Assembly: GCA_029717555.1 (NCBI GenBank)
Contig: JAMDHS010000010.1
Span: forward strand, 1 to 64,000
Length of the DNA: 64,000 nt
DNA from: Peribolospora baueri
Lineage: Eukaryota
Direction: 5' to 3'
Both the position numbers and the translations under genes were made by a program. Shown piece after piece: positions 62,251-64,000 of this stretch; the first letter of the stretch is position 1; each line of letters begins with the position of its first letter. The notes beneath the pieces were generated by a model. That model did no database searches and was not told the origin of the DNA. It saw nothing but the letters and a program-made list of their open reading frames with translations.

Positions 62251-63701
62251 CGGCTAAATTGGGTTTGTTTGTCTGTGCCTGTGTCTGTGTCTGTGCATGG
62301 TGTGATCGGTCGAGGATTATTGCATGAGATTCTGCCAGTCCGAACCGAATCTTCTGTGTGTGTGTGTGTGTCTGTCTACTCGGCGTCCGAGTGGAGGTGG
62401 AGGTGTAAGTGGAGCGGAAAGAGGAGGGCTAGCTACTGTAGTTAGGGCGAGCGAGTTAGGCCGTTGTGAGGACGGTGACGGCGGTGCTTGCGTAGTGCGC
62501 GTGGGGCGTAACGGGGCGTGTTGATAGGGGGTGGATTAGAAATGCGAAGCGAAATCGGTGCGACTGGCTAGTTCCTTCTTTCCGCTCACACCGCACCGCA
62601 CCGTGTCTCTCCTCTTATTATTATTGGCCTGTTATCGGCCACGGCGCCCAGGTTAGCTAGCTAGCTAGCGCCCGCTGATAGGAGCCGCTGCGGATGAGAC
62701 GGACAAGGATGACGGATAGGTGGGGCTGAGGGAGGTGTGCGTTTGCTTATCGCCGCGCTCGTCCGCGCTGGCTCGCTGGCCTCCGGGTTCCCCGGCTGGC
62801 TGGGCTGGCCCTCCGTGCGCTGCGTGCGTGCGTGCGTGCGGCCCGCTGGCCTGGCCTGGCCTTCGCTGGGCCTTCGCTGGGCCTCGCCTCGCCTCGCCTC
62901 GCTCGCTCGCTCGCTCGCGACTGCGGCCTGCGCCCACCCGGCCGCCGCCATCCGCCCGCCCGCCTGCGCGCCCGTTCCGTGTGTCCGTGGTCGTGTTCGT
63001 AGTGGTGGGCCTGGCGCGGGCGGACGGACGGACCGGCTGAGGCTGAGGGTGAGGCTGAGCGTCGTCGCCGGTGTCGAATTGAATTGGCTGGCTTTGGCTG
63101 GCTGGCTGGTCTCCTCCGCCTTAAGTCGACCAACCGAGCGAGCGTCGATTGACTGACTCTCCGTCTGTCCATTCACTCGGTCGCCTCGGCTGCTGTCTGT
63201 CTGCGCGTGCTCGTTCCTTCCTTCCTCCTTCCGTCCGTGCTCGACCTCATCAGACGGACATCGGCGAGACGATACGGCGAAGACGAAGACGAAGACGAAG
63301 ACGAAGACGGAGCCGACCATCGACTACCATCGACCGACGACCATACCATACCATCTCTTCCCTCACACCCCGACTCGACCCGACGTCTCCTCGTCGCCTC
63401 GACTTGGCACAAGGCCACCTTGTCTTGCCTCGTCTCGCTCGCCTCCCCACCCGGCCTCCTCCCTTCTTCCACCACCACCGCCGCCTTCCACCGTCCCCTT
63501 TCTCTCCCGCCGCCCGCGACAAACGGATGGATGACGACTGCCTAGTCTGACCAGCCAGACCACACCACTCCACTCCACTCCACTCCACTCCATACACCAC
63601 CAACACCACACCGAGGCAGATCGAGCCAGCGCCGGCGCCAGCGCAAGCCCGAGTCCGACTGCCCGACTTCCGGCTCCCGAGTTCGAGTTCGAGTTCGAAG
63701 T

Positions 63702-64000
63702 ATGCCCACGGCCACCGTCGCACCCCCTCTACGAGGCGTCGCCGCCCCTTCCTCTTATACCTTCGACCCCCACCACCACTCCTCCCAGCGCCACGACGGC
63801 AGCATCGCCAGCAGCCAGGGCAGCAACGGTAGCAGCAACGGTAGCACCGGTCAGGTCAGCCTCACCCACTCCGACTCGCCCTCCGCCTCCTCTCCCCCCA
63901 CCGCCCCCGCCTCCCCCGCCACGCACCACCACCCCGCCTTTGTCCACGACGTCGACCCTCCTTCCCATCATCACCATCATCATCGTCATCCGCCCAGCTC
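63702..64000 (+). CDS. Possible 5' end of a gene running off the window (low complexity)
   Basis: ATG at 63702 opens MPTATVAPPLRG..HHHSSQRHDGSIASSQGSNGSSNGSTG.. with no stop to the window end; preceded by a CT-rich leader like those of REG1 and HSF. Confidence 0.35.
   Translation, partial: MPTATVAPPLRGVAAPSSYTFDPHHHSSQRHDGSIASSQGSNGSSNGSTGQVSLTHSDSPSASSPPTAPASPATHHHPAFVHDVDPPSHHHHHHRHPPS

Noticed and set aside
63527..63550. Tiny ORF MDDDCLV* as a pheromone precursor
   Set aside because: Too short, and Cys is third from the end so it is not a CAAX box; at most a uORF.
1..64000. Transposons, tRNA, rRNA, CRISPR arrays
   Set aside because: No transposase/RT/integrase motifs, LTR/TIR pairs, cloverleafs or repeat-spacer arrays were seen.

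Overview
Eukaryotic, intron-rich, GC-rich fungal DNA; gene content and GT(G/A)AGT/CTRAC/YAG introns point to a basidiomycete. I can support about 17 spliced or single-exon genes plus two edge fragments: an AT-hook/PB1-like protein, a GH16 beta-glucanase, PalC/RIM23, DNM1, REG1-like, UTR2/CRH2-like GH16, NOP58, a conserved hypothetical, CPS1-like GT2 synthase, EAF6, a peroxisomal ABCD (PXA) half-transporter, a GT90 CAP10/CXT1-like enzyme, RRP40, an HSF-domain transcription factor, RPL27, securin and a large Pro-rich protein. No transposons, tRNAs, rRNA or CRISPR were seen. The standout is a ~1.3 kb non-coding stretch (~44610-45940) between the convergent RRP40 and HSF genes. It contains a 1.5-repeat TTAGGG template (AACCCTAAC) abutting a boundary helix, a pseudoknot with U-rich/A-rich strands, a core-enclosing helix and a three-way-junction-like domain. 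This makes it a strong telomerase RNA (TER) candidate that starts almost immediately after the RRP40 stop codon, suggesting processing from the RRP40 mRNA 3'UTR. All exon boundaries and base pairings were derived by eye; no folding software or database search was run.
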